Below, in pieces: positions 20,647-32,299 of a DNA stretch of 64,000 nt. Below the pieces are notes generated by a model, which was not told the origin of the DNA, searched no databases, and saw only the letters and a program-made list of their open reading frames with translations. This stretch comes from an uncultured Planctomycetota bacterium (GTDB lineage: Bacteria; Planctomycetota; Planctomycetia; Isosphaerales; Isosphaeraceae): contig CAWGMQ010000010.1 in assembly GCA_963823665.1 (NCBI GenBank), forward strand, positions 288,001-352,000, in the 5' to 3' direction. Every line of letters starts with the position of its first letter. Position 1 is the stretch's first letter. Made by a program: the position numbers and the translations under genes.

Positions 20647-22194
20647 TCAAGGTAGGCGCCTCGCCAGGCGCGAAGTGTCAGGAAGTCGGGGATCGCCCGG
20701 GGACAGTCGTGTGCCTGGATCATGATCCGGCGCGGGCGCCTCGATCGCGATTTTCGTCGCCACCGTCGCGGCGGTGATCTCAACGGCGCCGCCCTCGGTG
20801 AGCGCTGACAAATCGCCGAGGATCACCTGTTCCTTGCCGTCGATCTGCGCCCAGGCAACCGAGTCGCGGGGCGCCTCCCGTGGGACCGGGGGCCGGCGAT
20901 TGCTGATCTCGACCCATTTGTCGTCGCTGACGCCCGTCTCGACTTCAGTCCGCACTGCCTTGCCGTTTTCGTAGAGCCAGCAGAAGGTCTGGTCGCCGTT
21001 ATGAACGAGTGCCGAAAGCGGCAGCGCCTGGACGTCCGGACGCTCAATGATCACCTTGACGTAGGCGTACATCCCGGGCAGGAGCTGGCCTTCAGGGTTG
21101 CTAAGGTCGACCTCGGCGCGGAGCGTTCGGCTCTTCATGTTCAGCGCCCAGGACGTGCGCGTGACGGTGGCCGGCAACTCGGTGTCGCGGAAGTCCCGGG
21201 CAAGCACGCTCGCCTTTGTCCCGATTTTTACGAAGTTGGCGTCTCGTTCCGGGATGTCGAGAAAGATCCGGACGATGTCGAGTCGCTCGACCACGTAGAT
21301 CGGCGCGGCCGTGCCGCTGGGCGAAAGGTTGGGGGAGAGGTAGTAGGCCGTGGGATCGCCTGTAGTGGGTTGGACAAAGTCGAAAGTGTTGGCGTTGCGG
21401 GCTGAGATCACGCCGGTGAAAGGGGCATTTAGCGTGAGATAGTCCACCCAGGCTTTCGCATATCTCTCTTCGCTGTCGGCCACCTTCAGAGTGGCTACCG
21501 CGACCCTGACGGCGACCTGCGTCTTTTCGAGCTTGGCCCGCGCGCTGAGCAATTCCGCCTTCGCCCTCTTGATGGTCGCTTTCGCCTTGTCCAGCGCAGA
21601 GATGCTCGATTTGAGTTGATTGGTCGACTCGAAGAGGATCAAGGGATGGATCACGTGCAGGGCGACCTGTCGAGCCAGCCGATCGACCTCCGTTTGCCAG
21701 CGGTCGACCTCGGCATTGTACTTATTGAGGATCGCCTCGGCCGCTGCAAGGCGCGCCTCGGCCGCGTCGACGTTGGCCCGGGCCACCTCGACCATCTCTT
21801 TGGCCAGCGATATCCGTTCTCGGTCGAGCACGACGGCTGCCTTCTTCGTTCCGAGCTCCTCGACTAGCTCGGGCGCGAACAGGGTGGCAACCACGTCGCT
21901 TTTCTTTACCTTGTCGCCGATGTCGACGATCCACTTCGTTATGTAGGCTGTCGGCTTGGGATAGATCGACGTGCGCTCGTAGCTCTCGATGAAGCTGGGC
22001 TGGCCCACGACCCGCACGATGTTCCGAGACTGCGGCTGGATCAGCCGCACGCTCGGCGGCTTCGTGTTGCCTTCGAATTCGATCTTGTGTTCGCTACGGC
22101 AGCCAGACGCCGCCAGGGTGACAATGAGCCAGGGCACCAGCCGACGGCGGCCGGCGGCCCGATCCGAAATCGCGGGCGAGAGAATCCGGCGCAT
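20647..22194 (-). CDS. RND efflux periplasmic adaptor (MFP) 2
   Basis: Lipobox LAASGC; same MFP motifs; paralog of 19152-20633. Confidence 0.85.
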   Translation of the reverse strand: MRRILSPAISDRAAGRRRLVPWLIVTLAASGCRSEHKIEFEGNTKPPSVRLIQPQSRNIVRVVGQPSFIESYERTSIYPKPTAYITKWIVDIGDKVKKSDVVATLFAPELVEELGTKKAAVVLDRERISLAKEMVEVARANVDAAEARLAAAEAILNKYNAEVDRWQTEVDRLARQVALHVIHPLILFESTNQLKSSISALDKAKATIKRAKAELLSARAKLEKTQVAVRVAVATLKVADSEERYAKAWVDYLTLNAPFTGVISARNANTFDFVQPTTGDPTAYYLSPNLSPSGTAAPIYVVERLDIVRIFLDIPERDANFVKIGTKASVLARDFRDTELPATVTRTSWALNMKSRTLRAEVDLSNPEGQLLPGMYAYVKVIIERPDVQALPLSALVHNGDQTFCWLYENGKAVRTEVETGVSDDKWVEISNRRPPVPREAPRDSVAWAQIDGKEQVILGDLSALTEGGAVEITAATVATKIAIEAPAPDHDPGTRLSPGDPRLPDTSRLARRLP

Positions 22195-25100
22195 CAAGGA
22201 CCTCCGGGTGAGAAAAGTGCGGGCCCCGGCGAATGTCCGCCATCAGGGGACCGGCGGTGTTCGTCCGTTTGCGGCTGAGACAAGGCCGAATCGGCAGCGT
22301 CTTCATCGTCAGACATGCTCTGGCCGGCGGCGGCAGGCGGGACGAAGTGCTCGCTGTCGGGATCGTCCGGATGAATCGACGACGAGACGGCCTTCTTCTT
22401 GCCGATCACGATCGCAAAGATTGACGGGACGATGAGCAAGGTGGCCACCGTCGACATCACCAGCCCGCCGATCACCGCGCGGCCGAGCGGGGCCTGCATC
22501 TGGCTCCCGCGCTCCAAGGCCAGCGCCATCGGCACCATGCCGGTGGTCATCGCGCAGGCCGTCATCAGGATCGGCCGCATACGCTCGCTGGCACCGAGCA
22601 CCGCCGCCTGCGCTGACCGGTTTCCGGCCTTCCAGTGATCGTTGGTGAAAGCAACGAGCATGACCGAGTTCGAGACCGAGACGCCCAGGCTCATGATCGA
22701 GCCCATGAACGACTCGATGTTCAGAGATGTGTTGGTCACATAGAGGATGATCGCGATGCCGGCCAAGACACCCGGCACGGCGCTGATCGATATCAGGGCC
22801 AGGCGCAGCGACTGGAAATAGGCGGTCAAGAGCACGAGGATCACGAACACAGCGACCCCCAGCCCGATCCCGAGCGACTCGAACATCTCGTCCATCGGCG
22901 GCAGCTGGCCCATGGTCTCGACCCGCACGCCGCGGGGCGGATCACCGACGGCGGCGAGCGCCTGGGCGACCTGCCGTGACGCCCGGCCCATGTCCTCGCC
23001 CTCGACATTCGCCGTCAGCGTCAGGTAGCGCTGTGACATGTCGCGGTCGATCTCGCCGGGCCGCACGCCCCTCTCGACCGTGGCCACGTCACGGATCATC
23101 AGATTGACCAGCGGGTTGATCGATTCCAGCGGCAACGTCTCGATGCCTTCTGGCTTGTCGATCCGCAACGGCGGTATCTGGAGCTGCACCAGGTAGTCGA
23201 AACCCGTCTTCTCGTCGATCCAGTAGTTGAGCGAGGCGAAGCGGGTCGACGCCGTCGCCATGACGATGGCATGGGCCACGTCGGAGACCTTGGCTCCGGA
23301 GAGCCCCGCCTTTTCGCGGTCGATGGTGACCTCGACGGTCGGGTAGTCGAGCGACTGCACGAACTCGACGTCGCGGAGGAACGGGATGCGCCTCATGTTG
23401 GTCGCGATCTTTTCTGCGTGCTGCCGCACCAGCTTCAGATCGGTGCCGACGATCCGGACCGCGATCGGCGTCAGCGAGCCGAAGCTCATGACCTTGGTGA
23501 CCATATCGCCCGGTTCGAAACCGAAGGTCGACAGCGCCGCTTGCTTTTCCGCCTCCTCCTTGGCCAGGCCACCCTGCTCCAGCCGCTTGGCCAGCCATGG
23601 AATCACCCGCTTGGGCAGGACCTTGCGCAGGCGCTCGCGGAACTCGTCGAGCTTGATCCCGCTGTCCTCCGTGAGCGCGATCCGCAACTGGCCGTCGTCG
23701 GGCCCGCGCATGAACAAGACCATGTTGTCGATGCCGAAGTTTGTAGCGACCTGGCCGACGTAGCCCATCGTGATCTTCATATGCTCGGGCGTTGCCTCGC
23801 GCTCGATCTCCTCCAAGCACTTGATCGCCATCTGGCGCGTCAACTCGAAGTTCGAGCCGGGCGGCGGCCGGAACCGCAGCACGAATTCCCCCGAATCGAT
23901 CTGCGGGAACAGCTCGGTGCCAACCTGCAACCCGACCAGCCAGAGGATCAGGCCGCACGCCCCGAGATATCCCGGCACCACAAGCCAGCGCAGGCGAACG
24001 AGCCAGGTCACAACTTTGGTATAAGCATCGAGAAACCGATCGAACAGCCCGCGCTTTTTGCCATGCCCCTTGTTCTTGACCATGTGCACGCACAGGATCG
24101 GTACCAACATGATCGTGAGCAGATACGCCGAGATCATGGCGAACCCAACCGCCAGTGTCAGTGGCATGAACAGCGACCGGAGCGGGTCTTTCATGATCAG
24201 CGCCGGTGTGAATACGGACAGGATGCATAACAGTGCCAGCAGGATCGGCACGGCCGTGGCGTTGGCCGCGCCCAGCACCGCCCTGGCAATCTTGGGCGTT
24301 TGCCCCATCTGCACATGCAAGTTCTCGATGTTTACCGTCGACATATCGACGAGGATGCCGATCGACAGCGCCATGCCGCCCAGCGACATGATGTTGATCG
24401 TGTTGCCCGTCAGCCAGAGTCCGACGAACGACCCCATGAGCGCCAGCGGGATGGTGGCCACGACGACGAGCATGCTCCTCAAGTCGCCGAGGAACAGGAA
24501 GATCATGAGTCCGGTCAAGCCCGCGCCAATCAAACCTTCTGTAGCGACGCTCTCGACGGCCGCCACCACGGCGGGCGACTCGTCGAACTCGAAGTTGATC
24601 GAGACGTCCTTGGGGACCGCGTCGCGGAACATCTTCATCGACTTGTGGACGTCGGCCACGACGGTCAACGTCGATCCAGTGTCTTTCTTGATGACCGGCA
24701 GGTAGACCGCGTTCTTGCCGTTGACGAGCGCGTATCCATACGTGATATCGACATAGTCCTGGATAGTCGCCACGTCGCGGAGGTAGACGTTCCTCTCCAT
24801 CCGGAGCGGAATATCGCCCAGCTTCTGGATGTCGCCCACCGTCGCGTTATTGGCGACCATCGGCATCGAGTCGTGGATGTAGACGTTCCCCGCGGGGATG
24901 ACGGTATTCCCAGTCGCCAGGGCATCAATGACCTGCTGCGGCGTCAGGTTGTAGTCCAGGAGCTTGTGCGGGTCGACGTTGACGACGATCGACCGCATGT
25001 TCGGGCCGAACGGCGAGATCGCCACCGTGCCGGGGACGTTCTTTTGCACCAGCGGCCGGATGACGTTATTGGCCAGGTCCCCCATCGCCCCCAGCGAGGT

Positions 25101-25541
25101 GACGTCGCTCTCGAACACCAGGTAGCCGACCGGGACGGAGCCTGAGTCCATCCGCATGATCATCGGCGGCAAGGTCCCCTTGGGCATCCACGACATCGCC
25201 CGGTCGGACATCGCCACGACCTGGGCCATCGCCTGGCCCATGTCGGTCCCGGGGAAGAACGAGAGCTCGCACAAGGCCACCTGCTGGATGTTCCGCGTAT
25301 TGATATCCTTGATGCCATCGACGTACTGGAAATACAACTCGAGCTCATTGACGATGAAGCCCTCCATCTGGTCGGGGCTCATGCCGATGTAATCGAGGAA
25401 GACGTAAATCTTCGGGACGTTCAGCGAGGGGAAGATATCCACCCGCATCCTGGTGAAGCCCAGAAGGCCACCGCTGATCAGGGCCACGACCAGCATCATG
25501 ATCGTGATCGGGCGCCGCATCGCGAATGAAGTCGGGTTCAT
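22194..25541 (-). CDS. RND efflux permease 1
   Basis: 1115 aa; INIMSLGG, GILVDM, RMRPILMT, PLGRAVIGG. Confidence 0.92.
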   Translation of the reverse strand: MNPTSFAMRRPITIMMLVVALISGGLLGFTRMRVDIFPSLNVPKIYVFLDYIGMSPDQMEGFIVNELELYFQYVDGIKDINTRNIQQVALCELSFFPGTDMGQAMAQVVAMSDRAMSWMPKGTLPPMIMRMDSGSVPVGYLVFESDVTSLGAMGDLANNVIRPLVQKNVPGTVAISPFGPNMRSIVVNVDPHKLLDYNLTPQQVIDALATGNTVIPAGNVYIHDSMPMVANNATVGDIQKLGDIPLRMERNVYLRDVATIQDYVDITYGYALVNGKNAVYLPVIKKDTGSTLTVVADVHKSMKMFRDAVPKDVSINFEFDESPAVVAAVESVATEGLIGAGLTGLMIFLFLGDLRSMLVVVATIPLALMGSFVGLWLTGNTINIMSLGGMALSIGILVDMSTVNIENLHVQMGQTPKIARAVLGAANATAVPILLALLCILSVFTPALIMKDPLRSLFMPLTLAVGFAMISAYLLTIMLVPILCVHMVKNKGHGKKRGLFDRFLDAYTKVVTWLVRLRWLVVPGYLGACGLILWLVGLQVGTELFPQIDSGEFVLRFRPPPGSNFELTRQMAIKCLEEIEREATPEHMKITMGYVGQVATNFGIDNMVLFMRGPDDGQLRIALTEDSGIKLDEFRERLRKVLPKRVIPWLAKRLEQGGLAKEEAEKQAALSTFGFEPGDMVTKVMSFGSLTPIAVRIVGTDLKLVRQHAEKIATNMRRIPFLRDVEFVQSLDYPTVEVTIDREKAGLSGAKVSDVAHAIVMATASTRFASLNYWIDEKTGFDYLVQLQIPPLRIDKPEGIETLPLESINPLVNLMIRDVATVERGVRPGEIDRDMSQRYLTLTANVEGEDMGRASRQVAQALAAVGDPPRGVRVETMGQLPPMDEMFESLGIGLGVAVFVILVLLTAYFQSLRLALISISAVPGVLAGIAIILYVTNTSLNIESFMGSIMSLGVSVSNSVMLVAFTNDHWKAGNRSAQAAVLGASERMRPILMTACAMTTGMVPMALALERGSQMQAPLGRAVIGGLVMSTVATLLIVPSIFAIVIGKKKAVSSSIHPDDPDSEHFVPPAAAGQSMSDDEDAADSALSQPQTDEHRRSPDGGHSPGPALFSPGGP

Positions 25542-28500
25542 TTCCCATCCCTCCCGTCCTGGCTGTCAAGGTCGGTGTGCGGCTGAAACGAACCTGAATC
25601 GAAAGCGTCCTCTTCGTCGGAGGTGCTCTCGGCGCCGGCGGCCGGCGGGTCGTAGTGGGTACTATCGGGATCGTCCGGATGAATCGACGGCGAGACGGCC
25701 TTCTTCTTGCCGATCACGATCGCAAAGATTGACGGGACAATTAGCAAGGTGGCCACCGTCGACATCACCAACCCGCCGATCACCGCGCGGCCGAGCGGGG
25801 CCTGCATCTGGCTCCCGCGCTCCAAGGCCAGCGCCATCGGCACCATGCCGATGGTCATAGCGCAGGCCGTCATCAAGATCGGCCGCATACGCTCGCTGGC
25901 ACCGATTACGGCCGCCTCCGCTGCCGGCTTTCCGGCCTTCCAATGTTCGTCGATAAACGTCACGAGCATCACCGAGTTCGAGACCGAGACGCCCAGGCTC
26001 ATGATCGAGCCCATGAACGACTCGATATTGAGTGAGGTATTGCTGAAGTAGAGGATGGTCGCGATGCCCGCCAAGACCCCGGGCACCGCTCCAATCGATA
26101 TCAAGGCCAGGCGCGGCGATTGGAAGTAAGCCGTCAAGAGCACGAGGATCACGAACACGGCGACTCCTAGCCCGATCCCGAGCGACTCGAACATCTCGTT
26201 CATCGGCGGGAGCTGGCCCATGGTCTCGACCCGCACGCCGCGGGGCGGATCACCGACGGCGGCGAGCGCCTGGGCGACCTGCCGCGACGCCCGGCCCATG
26301 TCCTCGCCCTCGACATTCGCGGTCAGCGTCAGGTAGCGCTGTGACATGTCGCGGTCGATCTCGCCGGGCCGCACGCCCCTCTCGACCGTGGCCACATCGC
26401 GGATCATCAGGTTGACGAGCGGGTTGATCGATTCCACCGGCAAGGTTTCGATGTCTTCCGGCTTGTCGATCCGCGATGGCGGTATCTGGAGCTGCACCAG
26501 GTAGTCGAAACCCGTCTTCTCGTCAATCCAGTAGTTGAGCGAGGCGAAGCGGGTCGACGCCGTCGCCATGACGATGGCATGGGCCACGTCCGAGACCTTG
26601 GCTCCGGAGAGCCCCGCCTTTTCGCGGTCGATGGTGACCTCGATCGTCGGGTAGTCGAGCGACTGCACGAACTCGACGTCGCGGAGGAACGGGATGTGCC
26701 TCATGTTGGTCGCGATCTTTTCTGCGTGCTGCCGCACCAGCTTCAAATCGGTGCCGACAATCCGGACCGCGATCGGCGTCAGCGAGCCGAAGCTCATGAC
26801 CTTGGTCACCATATCACCCGGCTCGAAACCGAAGGTCGACAACTTCGCTTGCTTTTCCGCCTCCTCCTCGGCCAGGCCACCCTGCTCGAGCCGCTTGGCC
26901 ATCCAGGGAATCACTCGCTTGGGCAGGACCTCGCGCAGCCGCTCGCGGAATTGGTCGAGTTTGATCCCGCTGTCCTCCGTGAGCGCGATCCGCAACTGGC
27001 CGTCGTCGGGCCCGCGCATGAAGAGCACCATGTTGTCGATGCCGAAATTCGGGGCAACCTGGCCGACGTAGCCCATCGTGATCTTGATATGCTCGGGCGT
27101 TGCCTCTCGCTCGATCTCCTCCAAGCACTTGATCGCCATCTGGCGCGTCAACTCGAAATTCGAGCCGGGCGGCGGCCGGAACCGCAGCACGAATTCCCCC
27201 GAATCGATCTGCGGGAACAGCTCGGTGCCGACCTGCAAGCCCAGCACCCAGAGCACCAGGCCGCACGCCGCAAGATAGGCTGGCACGGTCAGCCATCGCA
27301 GCCGGACGAACCAGCCTACCGCCCTTCCGTAGACCTTGAGGGCCCGGTCGAATAGCCCGGGCTTCTTCTCGCCATGGCCCCCGTGGTGCTTCAGCAGGGC
27401 CACGCTCATGATCGGCACGAACATGCTCGAGAGCAGGTACGACGAGATCATTGCAAACCCGACGCCCAAGGTCAGCGGCATGAACAGCGACCGGAGCGGG
27501 TCGGTCATGATGAAGGCCGGGATGAACACCGACAGGATGCAGAGCAGCGCCAGGAGACGCGGCACGGCCGTGGCGTTGCTCGCGCAGCATCGCCATTGCG
27601 ACGTTCGGCGCGTGCTCCATCTGGACGTGCGTGTTCTCGATCGTCACCGTCGCCTCGTCGACCAGGATGCCGATCGACAGCGCCATGCCGCCCAGTGACA
27701 TGATGTTGATCGTGTTGCCCGTCAGCCATAGCCCGACCAACGACCCCATGAGCGCCAGCGGAATGTTGGCCACCACGACGAGCACGCTCCTCAGATCGCC
27801 GAGGAACAACAGGATCATTAGCCCCGTCAATCCCGCGCCAATCATGCCCTCGGTGGCCACGCTCTCAACCGCTGCCACCACGGTTGGCGACTCGTCGAAC
27901 TCGAAGTTGATCGAGACGTTCTTGGGAACGGCGTCGCGGAACAACTGCATCGACTTATGGACGTCGGCCACCACGGTCAACGTCGATCCCGTGTCTTTCT
28001 TGATGATCGGCAGATAGACCGCGTTCTTGCCGTTCACGAGCGCGTATCCATACGTGATATCGACATAGTCCTGGATAGTCGCCACGTCGCGGAGGTAGAC
28101 GTTCCTCTCCATCCGGAGCGGAATATCGCCCAGCTTCTGGATGTCGCCCACCGTCGCGTTGTTGGCGACCATGGGCATCGAGTCGTTGATGTAGACGTTC
28201 CCCGCGGGGATGACGGTGTTCCCTGTCGCCAGGGCATCAATGACTTGCTGCGGCGTCAGGTTGTAGTCGAGGAGCTTGTGCGGGTCGACGTTGACGACGA
28301 TCGACCGCATGTTCGGTCCAAACGGCGAGATCGCCACCGTGCCGGGGACGTTCTTTTGCACCAGCGGCCGGATGACGTTATTGGCCAGGTCCCCCATCGC
28401 CCCCAGCGAGGTGACGTCGCTCTCGAACACCAGGTAGCCGACCGGGACGGAGCCTGAGTCCATCCGCATGATCATCGGCGGCAAGGTCCCCTTGGGCATC

Positions 28501-28853
28501 CACGACATCGCCCGGTCGGACATCGCCACGACCTGGGCCATTGCCTGGCCCATGTCGGTCCCGGGGAAGAACGAGAGCTCGCACAGGGCCACCTGCTGAA
28601 TGTTCCGTGTATTGATATCCTTGATGCCATCAACGTACTGGAAATACAACTCGAGCTCATTGACGATGAAGCCCTCCATCTGGTCGGGGCTCATGCCGAT
28701 GTAATCGAGGAAGACGTAAATCTTCGGGACGTTCAGCGACGGGAAGATATCCACACGCATCCGGTTGAGGCCCAGAAGGCCGCCGCTGATCAGGGCCACG
28801 ACCAGCATCAGGGTCGTGACTGGGCGCCTCATGGCGAAGCCGGTCGGATTCAC
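25538..28853 (-). CDS. RND efflux permease 2 (frameshift near 27582)
   Basis: GTG start with GGAG SD; near-identical to permease 1; 2 nt missing in a (CG)n run at LR[A]SNATAVP. Confidence 0.88.
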
Positions 28854-28888
28854 AGTCCACACTCCCTGTCTGCTGCGCGACCGCGGCA

Positions 28889-29926
28889 TTATTCTTCAGG
28901 ACGGCTCGGTCCTTCGTCTGTCGGGTTGCCTGCTTTGCTCCCGCCCCTCGAGGAGGTGGGCGCGGCGGACCCGGCTAGAGGGGTGAGACCGGGGATCCGA
29001 TCGCCATTCGAGTGAGCTTGCGCCGCGTCGAGGCGCTCCCGCAGAGTCTTGAGCTCCTCCTTGAGGGCCTCCAGTTGATTGTCGAACTGTCGGTGTGCCG
29101 CCGGCAGCGCGGCGACTTCAGCCATCGCATGAGTCAGCTCGCTCAGCTTTATCTGCATTTTTCGCAGCGCCGGCGGCGTCGCGTCGGTGGGCAGTGTTAC
29201 ACCGTCCACTCGCTCGCGCAAGTGGTCGACCCGGCGCGACAGGTCCGTGATTAGCTGCTTGAGCATATCCGCGTCTTTGGCCGGCGAGACGCCGGGAATC
29301 GAGTTCTTGGTCGATGCCTGCGCGTTCGATCCCTTGCCCGACTCCTTACTTTCCGCACTGCCGGACTTCTTTTCAGGGCCCGAATCCTTCGTCGAGCCCG
29401 AATCGCTCTTGCCCTGCGACTCTTTCGACTTGGGTCCCGCGGACTTCGGCCCGAAAAAGTACGAGTAGCCCATCGCGCCGATCACACCGCAGGCCAAGGC
29501 GACGCCAGCCGTGATCAGAAGATTCTTCATCATCGAAGGCTGCTGTTGCCGAGATCCGTCTTCGCGAAGGTGTTCTTGATCCTGCACTCGATCTGCGTCA
29601 TGCTGGCGAGCCTGCTGACCGCCTCGATTCTTACTGTGGCCGTTCTGGTCCTGAGGGCGGTCTTGAGAATTGCCCTGTTCCTTGTGAGCGAAGACCGTCC
29701 GGACTCCCGTGGCGCCGAGCAGGTCCGACTCGCTCACCTGGGTCGTCTCGACGCTGATGGTGGCGTCCGGGTTAAGCTTCCGGTCTGACGGGTGCTCGAC
29801 CACCTTGTCAATAACCGGATCAGCGGTGTCGATGGTGATCGGCGCTGGGTCCTCGTCAGGAAGCTTGCCCGCCTGTGAGTGCTCGTCAACCCGGTGGGAT
29901 TCGTCGGTCGAATTGGATTTGTCCAT
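28889..29926 (-). CDS. Single-TM hypothetical protein with disordered N-terminus and coiled coil
   Basis: ATG at 29926 after GAGGG SD; TM LLITAGVALACGVIGAMGY; heptad-like C-terminal part. Confidence 0.7.
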   Translation of the reverse strand: MDKSNSTDESHRVDEHSQAGKLPDEDPAPITIDTADPVIDKVVEHPSDRKLNPDATISVETTQVSESDLLGATGVRTVFAHKEQGNSQDRPQDQNGHSKNRGGQQARQHDADRVQDQEHLREDGSRQQQPSMMKNLLITAGVALACGVIGAMGYSYFFGPKSAGPKSKESQGKSDSGSTKDSGPEKKSGSAESKESGKGSNAQASTKNSIPGVSPAKDADMLKQLITDLSRRVDHLRERVDGVTLPTDATPPALRKMQIKLSELTHAMAEVAALPAAHRQFDNQLEALKEELKTLRERLDAAQAHSNGDRIPGLTPLAGSAAPTSSRGGSKAGNPTDEGPSRPEE

Positions 29927-29966
29927 CGGTTCGTCCCTCGTGAGTGTCACCACCCGTCGCCGACGC

Positions 29967-30130
29967 AAACAAAAAACCGGCGTGGCGGAACACCCTGAGG
30001 TATTCGACCACGCCGGCTTACTCGTCAACGGGCCCCCCGGCAAAGCCGGAGTGCCCTTTATCTAGTCGTCCGACGAAATCAGCTCATGTCTTGGTGGGAT
30101 CTGCCTGCTCGCTCGCGCAGGCTATCCATT
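29967..30130 (-). ncRNA. Candidate attenuator leader, copy B (with terminator)
   Basis: Sense GTCGGACGACTAGATAAAGGGCA..GGCCCGTTGACGAGTAAGCCGGC; stem followed by T6GTTT. Confidence 0.8.
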
Positions 30131-30138
30131 CGGTCTCC

Positions 30139-30195
30139 ATTGTCCTATTTGGAGCGTAAATAGCAAGGCCATTGTTGCTATTTCTCACATGAAAA
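30139..30195 (-). promoter_or_regulatory. Promoter TTGCTA-N16-GACAAT plus upstream TTTTCATGTGAGAAATA box
   Basis: Both elements identical in copy C (32609-32665) while the spacers diverge. Confidence 0.6.
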
Positions 30196-30598
30196 TCTTC
30201 AGACTCTTCGGGTAGTCGCGCATGCGGGCATGAGCTTTCTCGCCGGCCTTTTCGTCGGCGAGGGCAAGTTCGAGCAGACCAGAGACAATCTCGATCTGGA
30301 GCGATGGTTTCGCTTGCCCAAGAGTCACGAGCGGCGAATCCACGGTCATCCCCACGCGGGCATTCGAATCGTTCTCCGCAGGCATCGTCGGCCAGGCCGA
30401 TCGGGAATCCCGTCGAATCTCCCGATCGAGCGTCTCGCATCGACAAATCAAATTATTCTAAATATTTTTTGCGTAGAATCTGCATATTCATTACTTTGGG
30501 CGTGGGAATCGCGTGAGAAGCAAGCTGCGGTCCAGAACGCGACGGGGGGATTTCCCCCTTCGGAATTGTTCCGCGGGTTCACAACACGGAGTGCAGCG

Positions 30599-31354
30599 AT
30601 GATTCGGTTCCTCAGATTCTCCCCGAGAGCGATCAAAGCGACAGCGCTGGCGATGACGGTCCTGGCGGCCTCGGCCTCCTCGACATTCGCTCATGGTGGA
30701 GGCGGTGGCGGTCACGGCGGTGGCAGTCACGGCGGTGGCGGCCGCATGGGCGGCTACGGCGGTGGTTATCGAGGCGGCTACGGTGGAGGCGGCTACGGCG
30801 GTGGTTATCGAGGCGGTTACAACGGCTATGGATACGGCCTCTTCGGTCTCGGGATGGGTGGATACGGCTACGGCGGCTATGGCAGCGGGTATGGCTACGG
30901 CGGCTATGGCAGCGGGTATGGCTACGGCGGCTATGGCAACGGGTATGGCTACGGCGGCTACGGCAATGGATATGGCCTCTTAGGCGTCGGCCTGGGTGGA
31001 TACGGCTACGGCGGCTATGGCAACGGGTACGGCTACGGTGGCTACGGCAATGGATACGTCGGGAACAATTACTATTCGAGTGGCTACAACTCGGCTCCGG
31101 TCGTCAACCAGGCTTCCTCGGCCCCGTACTTGACCACTCAGACCTACGAGCCGGGCGACGGCTACCGTTACCCGCTTTATTACAACCCGGCCACCGGGGG
31201 TCACATCTATTACCCTTCGGCTCCGGTCGTCAACCAGGCTTCCTCGGCCCCGTACTTGACCACTCAGACCTACGAGCCGGGCGATGGCTACCGTTACCCG
31301 CTCTACTACAACGCGGCCACCTCGCGTTACATCTATTACACGGTCGCCCGCTGA
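30599..31354 (+). CDS. Secreted Gly/Tyr-rich low-complexity repeat protein
   Basis: GGAG SD, signal peptide ending TFA-H, GGYG repeats. Confidence 0.75.
   Translation: MIRFLRFSPRAIKATALAMTVLAASASSTFAHGGGGGGHGGGSHGGGGRMGGYGGGYRGGYGGGGYGGGYRGGYNGYGYGLFGLGMGGYGYGGYGSGYGYGGYGSGYGYGGYGNGYGYGGYGNGYGLLGVGLGGYGYGGYGNGYGYGGYGNGYVGNNYYSSGYNSAPVVNQASSAPYLTTQTYEPGDGYRYPLYYNPATGGHIYYPSAPVVNQASSAPYLTTQTYEPGDGYRYPLYYNAATSRYIYYTVAR
30860..31051 (+). repeat. 27-bp coding tandem repeat (GYGYGGYG[S/N]), 4+2 copies
   Basis: GGRTAYGGCTACGGYGGCTAYGGCARY units. Confidence 0.85.
31091..31338 (+). repeat. 126-bp (42-aa) coding tandem duplication
   Basis: SAPVVNQASSAPYLTTQTYEPGDGYRYPLYYN starting at 31091 and 31217. 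Confidence 0.9.
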
Positions 31355-31408
31355 TCGAGCGGAAAAGGGGGACGGCTGGCAACCCCGCCGTCCGACGGCA
31401 CGAGCACG

Positions 31409-32299
31409 CTACCGGCCGTTCCCTCTCGCCGTTACCGGAGTTGTTTCGACTCCCGCGATCTTCTCGGATTGGGCCGGCTCCGTCATTGTCGGGGATGCGT
31501 CCGCGGGCCGCCCATCAACCTCGGCACCCGCGCCGTCCCGGTGATGCTTCAGGAATGGCCCCAACAGTTCCAGCGGCAACGGGAAGATAATAGTGGAATT
31601 CTGATCTGAGGCCACGTCCGCGAGAGCTTGGAGGTAGCGCATCTGCATCGCCATGGGATAGGGAGTCATGATCTGGGCGGCTTGCCGGAGTTTGTCGGCG
31701 GCCTGGAACTCCCCCTCGGCGTTGATAACCTTGGCGCGCCGTTCGCGTTCGGCCTCGGCCTGCCGCGCCATCGACCGCTTCATCGCCTCGGGGAGGTCCA
31801 CGTCCTTGACTTCCACGACGGAGACCTTCACCCCCCACGGCTCGGTGTGCCCATCGATGATCTCTTGCAAGCGGCGGTTCACTTTCTCCCGCTCAGTCAA
31901 GAGGTCATCGAGCTCCGCCTGACCCAGCGTGCTGCGCAATGTAGTCAAGGCCACCTGGGAGGTGGCGAACAAGAAATCGGCCACTTCCAAGACCGATCGC
32001 ATCGGATCGACGACCCGGAAATAGAGCACGGCGTTGACACGGACCGAGACGTTATCCCGGGTGATGATGTCCTGAGGCTCGATGACTCTGGTGATGGTCC
32101 GCAAGTCGACGCGCATCATGCGATCGATCGGCCAGAAGACCATGATCAGACCCGGTCCCTTGGGCTCGGGAATGACCCGGCCCAGTCGGAAGACAACCCC
32201 GCGCTCGTATTCGTTCAGGACGCGAATGCAGGAAAACAGGTACAGGGCGGCCAATGCGAGGACGCTCCCCAAGGCCATTGCGGTCTCGATGATCAACAT
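31409..32299 (-). CDS. SPFH/stomatin (slipin) family protein
   Basis: [43 protein letters not shown]. Confidence 0.9.
   Translation of the reverse strand: MLIIETAMALGSVLALAALYLFSCIRVLNEYERGVVFRLGRVIPEPKGPGLIMVFWPIDRMMRVDLRTITRVIEPQDIITRDNVSVRVNAVLYFRVVDPMRSVLEVADFLFATSQVALTTLRSTLGQAELDDLLTEREKVNRRLQEIIDGHTEPWGVKVSVVEVKDVDLPEAMKRSMARQAEAERERRAKVINAEGEFQAADKLRQAAQIMTPYPMAMQMRYLQALADVASDQNSTIIFPLPLELLGPFLKHHRDGAGAEVDGRPADASPTMTEPAQSEKIAGVETTPVTARGNGR

Noticed and set aside
29927..30043. N-terminal extension [17 protein letters not shown] (also 32300-32512) as a shared leader peptide
   Set aside because: It is only a translation of the RNA element; there is no SD, and better starts lie at 29926 and 32299
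30860..31338. CRISPR-like array
   Set aside because: In-frame coding tandem repeats with no unique spacers and no cas genes
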